NCBI RefSeq assembly: GCF_963921235.1
Contig: NC_086097.1
Span: 141,360,001 to 141,424,000, forward strand
DNA length: 64,000 bases
Reading direction: 5' to 3'
Source of the DNA: Mobula hypostoma
Taxonomy: Eukaryota
Below, piece after piece: positions 34,700 through 48,420 of this stretch. How positions within the stretch are numbered: the first letter of the stretch is position 1; every line of letters starts with the position of its first letter. Made by a program: the position numbers and the translations under genes. Below the pieces are notes generated by a model, which had not been told where the DNA came from, searched no databases, and worked only from the letters and a program-made list of their open reading frames with translations.

Positions 34700-37600
34700 T
34701 TTAATTTTATTACCCACTTAGTGAAGTCAGGATGGCAGCCGGGGCAGTTGAATGCTGGTCCTGCAGGATGTTGGAGATCAGGGAGACTTCCAGTGTAGGG
34801 AGTGCAGCAAACTACAGCTCCTGGCTAACCTTGTCAAGGTAATGGAGCTGGAGTTGGATGCACTCAGGATCATCTAGGGTGCCGAGAGCACAAATAACAA
34901 TTTTACTAAGATAGGCACGCATCAGGCTATAAGTAGTTGGATGACCACAAGGCAAAGGGGACAGGCAGGCAGTGCAGTATTTCCTCTATGGCTATACACT
35001 TCACTAACAGATAAGCCTCCTTAGATACCATTGGGGATGGGAAATTACCTTTCAGGGAATAGCAATAATAATCATGCCTGTGCCTCTACAACCAATTCTA
35101 AGACTCAGCAAGAAAGAGTGCAGTCAGAGAGGGTAATAGTGATAGGAGACTTGCTAGAAAGGGGAACAAGAAGAAATGGTGGTCAGAAGAGATGCCAAGA
35201 TAGTGTGATGCCTTAGGGGTCCCAGGGTCAAAAAGGATGTCTCCAAGCAATTGCAGAACATTCTTAAGCGGAAGATTAGCAGTAAAGCAGCACTGCATAC
35301 ATTGGTAGATATGACTAGTTTTTTTTAAAAAAGGGAATAAGGTTCTGCACCATGAATATTGAAAGCCAGGTCTGAAGGTAGATGAATCACCTGGACTAGA
35401 TGGACTACATCCCAAGGTTCTGAAAGAGGTAGCAAAGAAATTGTAGAGGCATCAGTAATGATCTTTCAAAAATCATTAGATTCTAGAATCAACACACATA
35501 AAAGTTGCTGGTGAACGCAGCAGGCCAGGCAGCATCTCTAGGAAGAGGTGCAGTCGATGTTTCAGGCTGAGACCCTTCGTCAGGACTAACGAGACGCTGC
35601 CTGGCCTGCTGCGTTCACCAGCAACTTTTATATGTGTTGCTTGAATTTCCAGCATCTGCAGAATTCCTGTTGTTTGCGTTTAGATTCTAGAATGATTCTG
35701 GAGGACTAGAAAATTACAAGTGTCTCTCCACTCTTCAAGAAGGGAAGAGGCAGAAAAAAATAATAGGCCAGTTAGCCTGGCTTCAGTAGTTGGAAAGATG
35801 GTGGAGTCTATTAGTAAGGATGAGGTTTCAGGGTACTTGGAGACACATGACAAGATAGGCCAAAGTCAACAGTTTCCTTAAGGGGCAAACCTTGCCTGAC
35901 AAACCTGTTGGAACTCTTTGATGAAATAACATTCAAGATAGATAAAGGAGAGTCAGTGGATGTTTTTTACTTCAGTTTTCAGAAGGTCTTTGACAAGGTG
36001 CTGCATACAAAGCTGCTTAACAAGATAAGAGCCAATGGTGTTACAGTAAAGATACTAGCATGGATAAAAGATTGGCTGACTGATAGGAGGCAAAGAGTGA
36101 GAATAAAAGGGGACCTTTTCTGATTGGCTGCCAGTGACTAGTGGTGTTCTGCAGGGGTTGTTGCTGGGTCAGCTTCTTTACATGTTTGTTATATGTCAAT
36201 GACTTGGATGACAAAATTGATGGCTTTGTGGCCAAGTCTGTGGACAACATGCAGATAGGAAGAGGGGCAGGTGGTGTTGAGGAAGCAGAGAGGCTACAAA
36301 AGGACTTGGACATATTGAGAGAATAAGCAAGGTGGCAGATGGAAGATATTGTAAGGAAGTGTATGGCCATGCACTTTGGTAGAAGGAATAAAGACGTGGA
36401 CTACTTTCTAAATGGGGAGAGAATTCAAAAATCAGAGGTGCAAAGGACTTGGGAGTCCTTGTGCAGGGTTCCCTAAAGGTTAACTTTTAGGCTGATTCAG
36501 TGTTAAGGAAGGCAAATGCAATATTAGCATTAATTTCAAGAGGACTTGAATACAAAAGCAAGGTTGTAATCCTGAGACTTCATAAGGCATTGGTCAGACC
36601 TCACTTGGAGTATCAAGAGCAGTTTTGGGCCCCTTATCTAAGAAAAGATGTGCTAGCATTGGAGAGGGCCCAGAGGAGGTTCTAAGAATGATCCCAATAA
36701 TGAAAGGGTTAACATATGAGGAGTGTTTGATGGCTCTGGGCCTGTACTTGCCGGGATTTAGAAGAATGAAAGAGGATGTCATTGAAACCTATCAAATATT
36801 GAAACACTTAGATAGAGTGGATGTGGAGAGGATATTTCCAATAGTCTAGGACCAGAAGGCTCAACCTCAGAACAGAGGCACATCAATTTAGTACAGAGAT
36901 GAGGAAAAAATTGTTAGCCATAGGGTGGTGAGCCTGTGGAACTCTCTGCCACAGCCAGCCATGCAGGCCAAGCTACTGGGTGTATTTAAGGAGGAGATTG
37001 TTAGGTTCTTAATTAATCAGGGCCTTAAAGGTTACAGGAAGAAGACAAGAGAATGGGTTAAGAGGGATAATAAATCAGCCATGATAATATGGCAGAGCAG
37101 ACTCAAGGGCCAAATGATCCAATTCTGATCCCTGTGCCACATGCTAGTGAGGACAGGAACAAGGAAGGTAGGCCAGATGAATGCATGGCAGAGGAGCTAA
37201 TGGAGGAGCAGAGATTCAGGTTCTTTGATCATTGGGATCTCTTCTGGAGCAAAAGTGACTTGTACAAGAGAGATCGGTTGTACCTGAACTGGAGGGGAAC
37301 AAAAATGCTGGGATGGAGATTTGCTAACACTACTGGAGTTGGTTTAAATTAAATTGGCAGGGTGTTTGGACCCTCAGCAGTAGTGAGACAGATGAGAAAT
37401 ATGAGGTAAGTAATGCAGTCAACGAGAGCAAGTTTAGTAGACAGAATAGTCAGGAGCACAGGAAAGAGAGAGGAAAAATAACTACATTAAACTGTGTTTA
37501 TTTCAGTGTAAGAGGCTTAACAGGCAAGATGGGTGAAATCTGCTTCTGGATTGGCTTTGGGAACTGGGATATTACTGCCATAACAGAAACACTGTGGAGG

Positions 37601-39620
37601 AAAGGGCAGGACTAGCAGCTCAATGTTCCAGGGTACAGATGCCACAAGGAGGCCAGAGAAGCAGGTAGGAGAGGAAGGAGATTTCTCTTTTAATAAGGGA
37701 GTACATAATAACAGTGCTCAAAGAGGATGTTCCTTGGGGGATCATTCAGTAAGGCCATACGAGTAAAACTTAGAAACAAAGGGATGGCCACTTTAATAGG
37801 ACTATACTGTACCTCCCACTCCTCCCCCCTTAGTCAATGGGAATCAGAGGAACAGCTCTTTCCCGATTTTGCAAATAATTGTAACAATAATAGGATAGTA
37901 TTAGAGGGAGATTTTAACTTCCCTAATATTGACTGAGTCATTCATAGGATAGGGTGGAATTTGTTAAATGTGTTCAAAAAGAAGCTTAATCAATATATCG
38001 AAGACCCTAATGGAGAGGGTACAACACTAGGCCACTTCTTTGGGAACAAGGCAGACCAAGTAACTCAGTGTCAGTCACATCATTATGTTCATTTTAAAAT
38101 AGTTATAAAGAAAGATGGGACTCGCCCACTAGTTAAGGTCCTAAAAAAATAGGGCAGGGTCTATTTTAGAGGCATTACGCAGAATCTTGCACAGATTGAT
38201 TAGGCAGGTTCCAAGCTCAAAGTCAAATTAGATTTATTATCAAAGTACATGTATGTCACCATATAAAACCCTGAGATTCATTTTCTTGTGGGCATACTCA
38301 ATTGGTGAGACTACTTGTAGGTAAAGAAATGACTGGCAAGTGGGAGACTTTCAAACAAGTGATTTAAAGAATCCAGGGCAGCATAATCCCGTTAGGGTGA
38401 AAGGCAAGGCTGGCAAGTTTAGGGAACCCTCTTAAAGAACAGCATGGCCATCTACTATGTATGGAGCCACAGGAAAAGGAAGATATTTAATTAATGTTTC
38501 TCAGTTTCTTTTACCGTGGAGAAAATGGTAGATGCTAAGGAAAACAGTGAAGTGAGTGATAATGTCTTGGACCACATAAGAATGACCAGGCAAGAGGAGC
38601 TGGTGGCCTTAAAGTGTATTAAGGTGGATAAATCCCCAAGGCCCAAGTGCATCCTTGGACCTCGTGGGTAGCTCAGAGGTCCTTGCATTAATATTTGCTT
38701 CATCTTTAGCCAAAGGTGAAATTTGGGAAGACTGGAGGGGGGATGAGGATGCTAATATTGTACCATTATTTAATAAAAGCTGCAAGGAAAGCACAACTGC
38801 CACTTGATCACATTAAATGGCCTATGTTTGTATTTGCTTGAGTTTAGGAGACTGAGGTGAGGGATACAATAGAAATTCACAAAATGCTGACAGGATGCAG
38901 AGAGAGTAGTTCCCCTGTCTGAGTCTGTGCCTTGGGTTCATAGGACAAGCAACTTAGGGCTGAAATAAGAAGCGACTTAGTTACTCAGAGGGTGATGGAC
39001 TATGTGGAGGCTAGGTTGCTGAATATAAGGCATATACTCTATTTCTAGATGTAAAAGGAGTCAAAGGCTCTGGGGAAAGCAGGAATATGATCATACATAA
39101 CCATACTGAATGGCAGAGCAGGTTTGATGGATAAATAGGCAGCTCCTGCATTGTCTTAAAAATATCCAAGGAATCTTCCCACTACTCTTTGAGCAAATGT
39201 GATCCAAAGGTTGTTCAAAAGCTTTCAAATGTGGAGGAATTTATTCTCTCAGTGGGTCATGAACTATTGAATTCTTTGCCTCAGAGCTGTGGAGTATATT
39301 CAAGGTGGGGACTGACAGAAATTTAAACCACTACAGTCAAAGCACACAGGGAAAGAGCAGGCAATAGCATTGAGGCCCACACTGGCTTAGCCATGACCTT
39401 ACTGAATGACAAAGTAGATGTAAAGGGGTGCTCCTTTTTCTTAATTTTCACAATATCCAAAATTGCCTTATCCATCTTAAATGGGTGACCCTTCTCCCAG
39501 ATTTTAAACAATGAACCCTTCTTTTTCTCACAACAGGAGACATAATCTCCACATCCCCTGAATATTCCAATTAAGTCTCCCCTCTCACTTTTAAACTCAG
39601 TAGATGCAAGCATAAAGAGA
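34700..39620 (+). mobile_element. Cluster of decayed CR1 LINE copies
   Basis: ORF1-like and ORF2 fragments, e.g. KVFDKVLHTKLLNKIRANG, RPHLEYQEQFWAPY, VLEGDFNFPNID. Confidence 0.8.
35490..35679. mobile_element. Penelope-tail fold-back insertion with 14-bp TSD
   Basis: TSD TTAGATTCTAGAAT (35476-35489, 35680-35693). About 49-bp inverted arms (35490-35538, 35591-35639) enclose a minus-strand hammerhead motif (35552-35587). Confidence 0.85.
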
Positions 39621-40535
39621 GTTAAATTTAGTACATTTAATACCCAGTTCTTGCATTAATTATTAAATTCTGTTTGTTGTGAACCTAAAGCCGTATCATG
39701 TCTGGGCTGTGCAGCACAACAGGAAATAATGTCGGTTTGTTCAATTCAGCAAGCACACATCCTAGCAGTGTGGTGTCAGGGACTTTGAATTCAAATGCTA
39801 TTTGCATGCACATTTCGTAACAGCCTGTCACCAGGTGCAAACAGACACATGGAAAACATCTGCATCAAGAACTCTTGTGACACAAATAGTCCGTTAATGC
39901 AGGTTTGAGTACTGGGAATTATTCAACGGTTTAGTGCGGCTGGCAACTTACTTGCTGCTCAGCTTAGCAGTAAGGGATTCCCCAGACAACTTTAGGGCCA
40001 ACAACAAAATTGAGGGAAACGTAAAATATCATTTAAAAAAAAAGTTGGGTAACATCTGTTGATATAAGAAAGGATACCAACATGAAGCATCAGCTTATTT
40101 GCTCTCTGCACAGATGCTGCCTGAGATGCTGAATGTCTAACGGCATTTTTTATTTTAGTTTCATATTTCCACATCTGTGGTATTATTGGCTTCAGTCACC
40201 AAAAATGTTCACCATACTTGCTCCAAGAAAATAAATGCTTAGAACCTTAGATGCGGATTCAAAGTATCACACTTGAATACAGTAAGTCAGGCAGCTGTAG
40301 AAAAAGATAAAAAGGCGGAGGAAAGAACAGCAGTGGGGTAGGATGTAACAAAGAGCACTTAAAAATAAGAGCCCCCATCAATTCCATCCCAAGACAGCAG
40401 TGAAGAATGTTTCAGGAATAGCGTCCATCTCCCTGAACAATGAGACCATGCGTCTCTTAGTCACTTCAATCACTCACAGGCTAGAAGTTGAGCAAAACAA
40501 ACAGGAGTCAACTGATGCACCATTTTCCACACCTG

Positions 40536-40576
40536 CTAATGTGCTGGATACTCGGTATCATTTTCTTCTTCAGAAT
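40536..40576 (-). CDS. STARD3NL: STARD3NL last coding exon: (D)SEEENDTEYPAH*
   Basis: Acceptor TTCTTTATTTATAG|AT in phase 1, acidic tail like human GSEEAEEKQD, TAG stop, and donor CCT|GTGAGT at 40477. Confidence 0.75.
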
Positions 40577-43089
40577 CTATAAATAAAGAACAGGTTATTG
40601 TCAGCTTCCTGATCATAGGAACACATGACATAGAAAGTTGCATTCTGGCCATCAGTATTCATACAGCTGAAAGCTGGCTTCAGTACAGTTACCATTCAAG
40701 TCCGTGTGTGGAGTCACAGATTGGATAAAACAGCAAGCTCCCTTCCATAAACAACAAGCTTTTTTTTTAATGACAATTCAATAGTGTTAAGGTAATCAAT
40801 ACTAACATGTTATTCCAGGTTTTTTCAAAATTTTCCCTGCTACTGTGATGCAAGATGAACATCTCCCCAAATCATCAGTCCAGGTTTTTATTTTACTGTT
40901 GCATCCAATATAAGATTGTCTATCTTTAATCAACGTTCTCCAAGCAAAGAATTCTAAAGCTAATGCAAACTAAGCTGCCTTTAAACAGATCTCAGTTACT
41001 TTTTATTTATTAGCCAATACTTTTAAACAGTGAAAATTTGTTTTTGTATCTCAGATCATTACATACGTGTTTCCTCACCACTGACTGGCCTAGAATTTAA
41101 GGAATGATTTTAAAAAGGCATATTACATTCTTGGTTTATAGATTGAACAAAAGCAAATCTATGCTAAATCTGTATAAGATCACTGGCTGAGCTCCAAATG
41201 AAGTATTATAGCAAATTCCAGACATTAAGAAGATTGTTAGAAACTAAGTGAGATTGAAGGAGACTTTTATTAGAGTGGGATCAGAAATGTGGTTCCTTGA
41301 TAACATGGAGAATAAGGGGAAAAAAAATTGGGATGTTCCTTAAAGCAAAATGTTCAGAGAAGAAATTTAACAGAGCTTCAATGCTCAGAATCTTTGAGTA
41401 AATAAGGAAATGTTTCCAGTGACAGAAGGTTCAGTAATCAAATTAATCAAGTTTTAGTTATCCAAACTGTGCTGTCTGCAATCATAGCTGAAGTGTGCTC
41501 AATTTTCTGCTGACAAATGGATAAACCCATTAGGTATGGTGGAACAGTAGGCAAGTAAGACTAATAGAGCAGAATCATCAAGGAACAGGCACAAATGGTC
41601 TCCTGTGCTATAATATTCCACCTAAATCAACTTAAAATTTTCTAATAAAATATCTCAACTCTTAAGTTTTTAGAATATCGACACAGGAAACAGCAATCTA
41701 GCGGATCAAAGGTGTATCTACCGATTACCTCAGCATTCTTCCTGCAGCGCAGTGCAGAACAGATCTCTGACTGTAGATCTACTGCCCCCTAGCAGCCTTT
41801 CAAATGTTTCTGCTGATTTAAGAGAACAGGGCAGAAAGGGTTGCCAGAGATAAATAGGTTTTTTTATTTTTTTTTAATTTCCATGCCATAAATTAAACAT
41901 TTGTATCTTTACTGTCAGATTTTTAATGCTGTGCTGGCAGGGTAGAAGGCATAAGGCCAGAATAAGGAGTGGGGCAAAAAGTGGGAGGAACAGAAATTGT
42001 GGGAGCAGAAAGAGGAAGAGAGAGAGAAGAAGAAAAAAAAGAGAAAAGTTAGTATGTCTGTCTCCAAACTTGGTGAAGTAACTGTGGTCTGGCTGAAAAC
42101 AGTATACCTCCTTGTACTCAACACCTGTAACACTGAAACCTTTGCCCAGACAACAGTCAAGAGCCACAGCATATGGGAAACACTTGCTGTGGTTTAACCA
42201 CAACTCTATAGAAATGAGCTACTATGGGAAACTAGCTCCGGTATCAGAGAATCAGTACCACAAAGGAGCCAATGCAAGCTTTAACTCTTTTCTGTATGAA
42301 ATATTTGCAAGGTAGGGAATGTGGTAAACAGACTGGAGTCCTATCAGAAGGTCAAATGCCATTGCAAATATATCCTACAGACACCATTAATCTGTCTACT
42401 TAACACTACCAGTCTAACTCAGGGAGGCGATTGATCCTTTGCAAAATCAAACCTCATCAGCTACTACTAAAATTAAGATCAGGAATCTAACAGTTAACAG
42501 CACAAATATACAGAAGGGCCAGTCACTGTAGAACAGCTGTTTAAAATGCGACAATCATATTGAGAATCAGCAGCAGCTTCCCTTATGGTGGCGAGAACCG
42601 AACCCACTCTTAATGAGCATACTAGAAAGCAGAAGTGTAAATTTTAACTGACGCACCGTTTTAAAGATTCAACAAGCACTTACAAAATAAACTTTAACAC
42701 TACTTTAAGATCAAAATTGCAGTGGTAAGTACAAATCTCAGGAAACAGCTCAACAAACTTTTGTCAATTAGGGAAATGATAGGTTGCTATTTTCTGCTAT
42801 TGGTCCAGAATACAAGTTATACCAACAAAAATATAAATTGGATATTTATGTATATTTGTGTATAAGGAGGTTATTCTGGCTCATTCACTGAATATGTGCT
42901 CTTTAGACCAACAGATATAGAGATCACCGACAATACAGCAGCCAAAATCAACCCAAAAACACAATTATTCAATTTGCAGCATCCCCCTGTTTAGAATTCA
43001 GAAGTGGTTAGACATGATCATATTTGAACCACTAATAATCCTACTGTTATTCTATAACTATAAAAACTTTATTTACACATCTTCAACAC

Positions 43090-46000
43090 GTTGACTGGGA
43101 CTACACTACTGTAAAAGGATAGAATTTATCAAATGTGTTCAGGAAGTTTTCCTTAATCAGTATATAGAAGTCCCAAATAGAAAGTGGATATTAGGGAATG
43201 AGACAGAGCAAGTGACAGAAGTTTGTGAAGGGGAACACGATGCATCTAGTGGTCATATTGCCATTAGTTTCAAAGTAAATATGGAAAAAGATCCGCGGTC
43301 CAGTCCACAGGTTGAGATTCTAAGTTGGAGAAAGGCCAATTTTGATGGTATCAGAAAGGATCGGCCAAGTGTGAATTGGGAAAGGCTGTTTTATGGCAAA
43401 GATGGACTTGGAAAGTGGGAGGCCTTCAAAGAGAAATTTAGAGAGTACAAAGCTTGCATGTGCCCATCAGAATAAAAGGTAAAGATATCAGGTTTAGGGA
43501 ACTTTGGGTTTTCAAGAGATATTGAGGCCCTGGTTAAGGGGAAAAAAGGTGCATAATAGACATAGGCAGGTAGGAACAAATGAGGTGCATATGGAGCATA
43601 AGAAATGCAAGTGAACACTTAAGAAAGAAATCAGGACAGCTAAAAGAAGGCATAAGGTTGCCCTAGCAGACAAGTTGAGGAAGAATCCCAAGGCACACAA
43701 CAGGAATTCTGCAGATGCTGGAAATTCAAGCAACACACATCAAAGTTGCTGGTGAACGCAGCAGGCCAGGCAGCATCTCTAGGAAGAGGTACAGTCGACG
43801 TTTCAGGCTGAGAATCTCGGCCTGAAATGTCGACTGTACCTCTTCCTAGAGATTATGCCTGGCCTGCTGCGTTCACCAGCAACTTTGAAGAATCCCAGGG
43901 GATTTTACAGGTATGTCAAGAGCAAAAGGATCATAATGACAAGATTGGTCCTCTGAAGATCAGAATAGTAATCCATGCCAAAAGAGAAGAGGGAGATCTT
44001 AAATGAATTTCTGTGTCTGTATTTACTCAGGAGATGGACATAGTCTATAAAATTGAGGTAAAGAAGCATCGACTTCATGGACCCTACACAGATTACAGAG
44101 GAGGTGGTGTTTGCTGCTTTGAGGCAAAAGCCTGACAAGGTGTTCCCTTGGATCCCATGGGAGGCAAGTGCAGAAAATGCAAGGATCCTAGCAGAGATAT
44201 TTAAATCATCCTCAGTGACAGATCAGGTAGCGAAGGATATCTAACATTATTCCGCTGTTTAAGAAACGCTCTAAAAAAAAACCAGAAAATGGTAAGTCAG
44301 TGAGCCTGACATCAATAGTGGGAAAGTTATTGGAAGTTATTCTAAGGGGTCGGATATATGACTATTTGGATAGATATGGACTGATTAGAGATAGTCAGCA
44401 TGGCTTTGTGTGTGGTAGATGGTGTCCAACCAATCTTAAGAGATTTTTTTTTTGAGGAAGTTACTAGGAATGTTGATGAAGACAAAGCAGTGGATGTTGT
44501 CTACATGGACTTTAGCAAGACACCTGACAAGATCCCACATGGGAGGTTGGTCCAGAAGTTCAGTCGCTCAGCATTCCACATGAGGGAGTAAATTGGATTA
44601 GGCATTGGCTTTGTGGGAGAAGCCAAGGAGTGGTAGCAGATGGCTGCCATTCTGACTGGAAGTCTGTGACTCGTGGTATGCCGCACGGATTGGTGCTGGG
44701 TACTTTGTTGTTTGTCATCTCCGTCAATGATCTGGATGAGAATGTGGTAAACTCGTTCAGCAAATTTACAGATGACACCAAGATTGGGGGGTGCAGTGGA
44801 CAGCAAGGAAGACTATCAAAGCTTGAAGCAGAATCTGGGCCAGCTGGAAAAATGGGTTGAAAACGGTTTATGGAATTTAATGCAGACAAGTGTGAGGTGC
44901 TACACTTCGGAAGGACCAAACAGAGTAGTGCTTTAGAACAAAAGGAGCTTGGAATGCAGGTCCATAATTCATTGAAAGTGGCACCACACATAGATAGGGT
45001 CGTAAAGAAAGCTTTTGGCACATTGGCCTTCATAAATAAATGTTTTGGGTACAAAAGATGGAATGTTATGTTGAAGACATGGCTCCAGGTTGACCAAGGA
45101 TGGGAGCTCAACATTCACGGATATTCAATATTCAGGAAGGATAGACATGAAAGAAAAGGAGGTGGGGTAGCATTGCTGGTTAGAGAGGAGATTAACACAA
45201 TAGAAAGGAAAGGCATTAGCCAGGAGGATGTAGAATCGATACGGGTAGAGCTGCATAACACTAAGGGGCAGAAAACGCTGGTGGGAGTTGTGTACAGGAC
45301 ACCTAACAGTAGTAGTGAGGTTGGGAACTGCATTAAACAGGAAATTAGAAATGTGTGCAATAAAGGAACAGCAGTTATAATGGGTGACTTCAATCTACAT
45401 ATAGATTGGGTGAACCAAATTGGTAAGGGTGCTGAGGAAGAGGATTTCTTGGAATTTACGTGGGATGGTTTTCTGAATCAACATGTCGAGGAACCAGCTA
45501 GAGAGCAGGCCATTGTAGACAGGGTATTGAACAATGAGGAAGGGTTAGTTAGCAATCTTGTCGTGCGAGGCCCCTTGGGTAAGAGTGACCATAATATGGT
45601 GGAATTCTTCATTAAGATGGAGAGTGACATAGTTAATTCAGAAACAAAGGTTCTGAACTTAAAGAAGGGTAATTTTGAAGGTATGAGGCTAAGATAGCTA
45701 ATTAGCTAAGGTAGATTGTGAATTAGCTAAGATAGACTGGCAAATGATACTTAAAGTGTTGACGGTGGATATGCAATAGCAAGCACTTAAAGATCGCATG
45801 GATGAACTACAACAATTGTTCATCCCAGTTTGGAAAAAGAATAAACCAGGGAAGGTAGTGCACCCGTGGCTAACAAGGGAAATTAGGGATAGTATCAATT
45901 CCAAAGAAGAAACATACAAATTAGCCAGAAAAAGCGGTACATCTGAGGACTGGGAGAAATTCAGAGTCCAGCAAAGGAAGACAAAGGGCTTAATTAGGAA

Positions 46001-48420
46001 AGGGAAAAAAGATTATGAGAGAAAGCTGGCAGGGAACATAAAAACTGACTGTAAAAGCTTTTATAGATATGCGAAAAGAAAAAGATTGGTTAAGACAAAT
46101 GTAGGTCCCTTACAGGTGAATTGATCATGGGGAACAAGGACATGGCAGACCAATTGAATAACTACTTTGGTTCTGTCTTCACTAAGGAGGACATAAATAA
46201 TCCTCCGGAAATAGTAGGGGACCGAGGGTCTAGTGAGATGGAGGATCTGAGGATAATACATGTTAGTAGGGAAGTGGTGTTAGGGGTAAACTGAAGGGAT
46301 TAAAGGCAGATAAGTCCCCAGGGCCAGATGGTCTGTATCCCAGAGTGCTTAAGGAAGTAGCCCAAGAAATAGTGGATGCATTAGTGATAATTTTTCAAAA
46401 CTCTTTAGGTTCTGGATTAGTTCCTGAGGACTGGAGGGTGGCTAATGTAACCCTGCTTTTTAAAAAAGGAGGGAGAGAGAAACCAGGGAATTATAGACCG
46501 GTTAGCCTGACATCGGTGGTGGGGAAAATGCTAGAGTCAGTTATCAAAGATGTGATAACAGCACATTTGGAAAATGGTGAAATCATCAGACAAAGTCAGC
46601 ATGGATTTGTGAAAGGAAAATCATGTCTGATGAATCTCATAGAATTTTTTGAGGATGTAACTAGTAGAGTGGATAGGGGAGAACTAGTGGATGTGGTATA
46701 TTTGGATTTTCAAAAGGCTTTTGACAAGGTTCCACACAGGAGATTAGTGTGCAAACTTAAAGCGCACGGTATTGGGGGTATGGTATTGATGTGGATAGAG
46801 AATTGATCGGCAGACAGGAAAAAAAGAGTGGGAATAAACGGGACCTTTTCAGAATGGCAAGCAGTGACTAGTGGGGTACCGCAAGGCTCAGTGCTGGGAC
46901 CCCAGTTGTTTACAATATATATTAATGATTTAGACGAGGGAATTAAATGCAGCATCTCCAAGTTTGCGGATGACACGAAGCTGGGCGGCAGTGTTAACTG
47001 TGAGGAGGATGCTAAGAGGATGCAGGGTAACTTGGATAGGTTAGGTGAGTGGGCAAATTCATGGCAGATGCACTTCAATGTGGATAAATGTGAGGTTATC
47101 CACTTTGGTGGCAAGAAAGGAAAACAGATTATTATCAGAATGGTGGCCGATTAGGAAAAGGGGAGGTGCAACGAGACCTGGGTGTCATTGTACACCAGTC
47201 ATTGAAAGTGGGCATGCAGGTACAGCAGGCAGTGAAAAAGGCGAATGGTATGCTGGCATTCATAGCAAGAGGATTTGAGTACAGGAGCAGAGAGGTTCTA
47301 CTGCAGTTGTACAAGGCCTTGGTGAGACCACACCTGGAGTATTATGTGCAGTTTTGGTCCCCAAATCTGAGGAAAGACATTCTTGCCATAGAGGGAGTAC
47401 AAAGAAGGTTCACCAGATTGATTCCTGGGATGGCAGGATTTTCATATGATGAAAGACTGGATCGACTAGGCTTATACTCACTGGAATTTAGAAGATTGAG
47501 GGGGAATCTTATTGAAACGTATAAAATTCTAAAGGGATTGGACAGGCTAGATGCAGGAAGATTGTTCCTGATGTTGGGGAAGTCCAGAACAAGGGGTCAC
47601 AGTTTAAGGATAAAGGGGAAGCCTTTTAGGACCAAGATGAGGAAAAACTTCTTCACACAGAGAGTGGTGAATTTGTGCAATTCTCTGCCACAGGAAACAG
47701 TTGAGGCCAGTTCATTGGCTATATTTAAGAGGGAGTTCGATATGGCCCTTTTGGCTAAAGGGATCAGGGGGTATGGAGAGAAGGCAGGTACAGGGTTCTG
47801 AGTTGGATGATCAGCCATGATCATACTGAATGGCGATGCAGGCTCGAAGGGCCGAATGGCCTACTCCTGCACCTATTTTCTATGTTTCTATGTAAGTCGT
47901 ATACAAGGTTGGTGAGGCCTAATTTGGAATATTGTGTGCAGTTTTAGTCACCTACCCACAGGAAAGATGCAAAGAAGGTTAAAAGAGTACAGAGAAAATT
48001 TACAAGGATGTTGCCGGGACTGGAGTTCATGAATTATAAGGAAAGATCGAATCAGTTAGGACTTTTGGAATGTAGAAGATTAAGCAGAGATTTGATAGAG
48101 GTACACAAAATTATGAGGGGAATAGAGAGGGTAAATGCAAGCAGGCTTTTTCTGCTGAAGTTGGGTGGGACTATAACTAGAGGTCATGGATTAGGGGTAA
48201 AAGGTGAAAAGTTTGAGAAATGTCTCTACTCAGAGGGTTATGAGTGTGGAACGTGCTACCAGCATAAGCAGTGCTTGCGAGCTCAATTTCAAAGTTTAAG
48301 AGACGTTTGGAAAGGTACATGTATGGTAAAGGTGTGGAGGGCTGTGGTCCTGGTGCATGAACTGGATGGGCCAAAGGGCCTGTTTTCTGTGCTGTACTTT
48401 TCTATGACTCTATGACCATG
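43090..48420 (+). mobile_element. Older CR1 (43090-45076 and 47894-48420) with a younger CR1 nested at ~45077-47893
   Basis: The ORF 44870-45697 switches from RT C-terminal to endonuclease sequence at 45077. The nested copy has APE, RT (GVPQGSVLGP, KFADDTK) and a (TTCTATGT)n tail. The host resumes at AAGTCGTATACAAGG. Confidence 0.88.
43691..43886. mobile_element. Penelope-tail fold-back insertion forming a 147-bp near-perfect palindrome, 11-bp TSD
   Basis: TSD GAAGAATCCCA (43680-43690, 43887-43897). 73-bp arms (43741-43813, 43815-43887) with about 4 mismatches. Confidence 0.88.

Noticed and set aside
44501-47824. Multiple minus-strand ORFs of 75-184 aa
   Set aside because: They are antisense shadows of CR1 ORF2.
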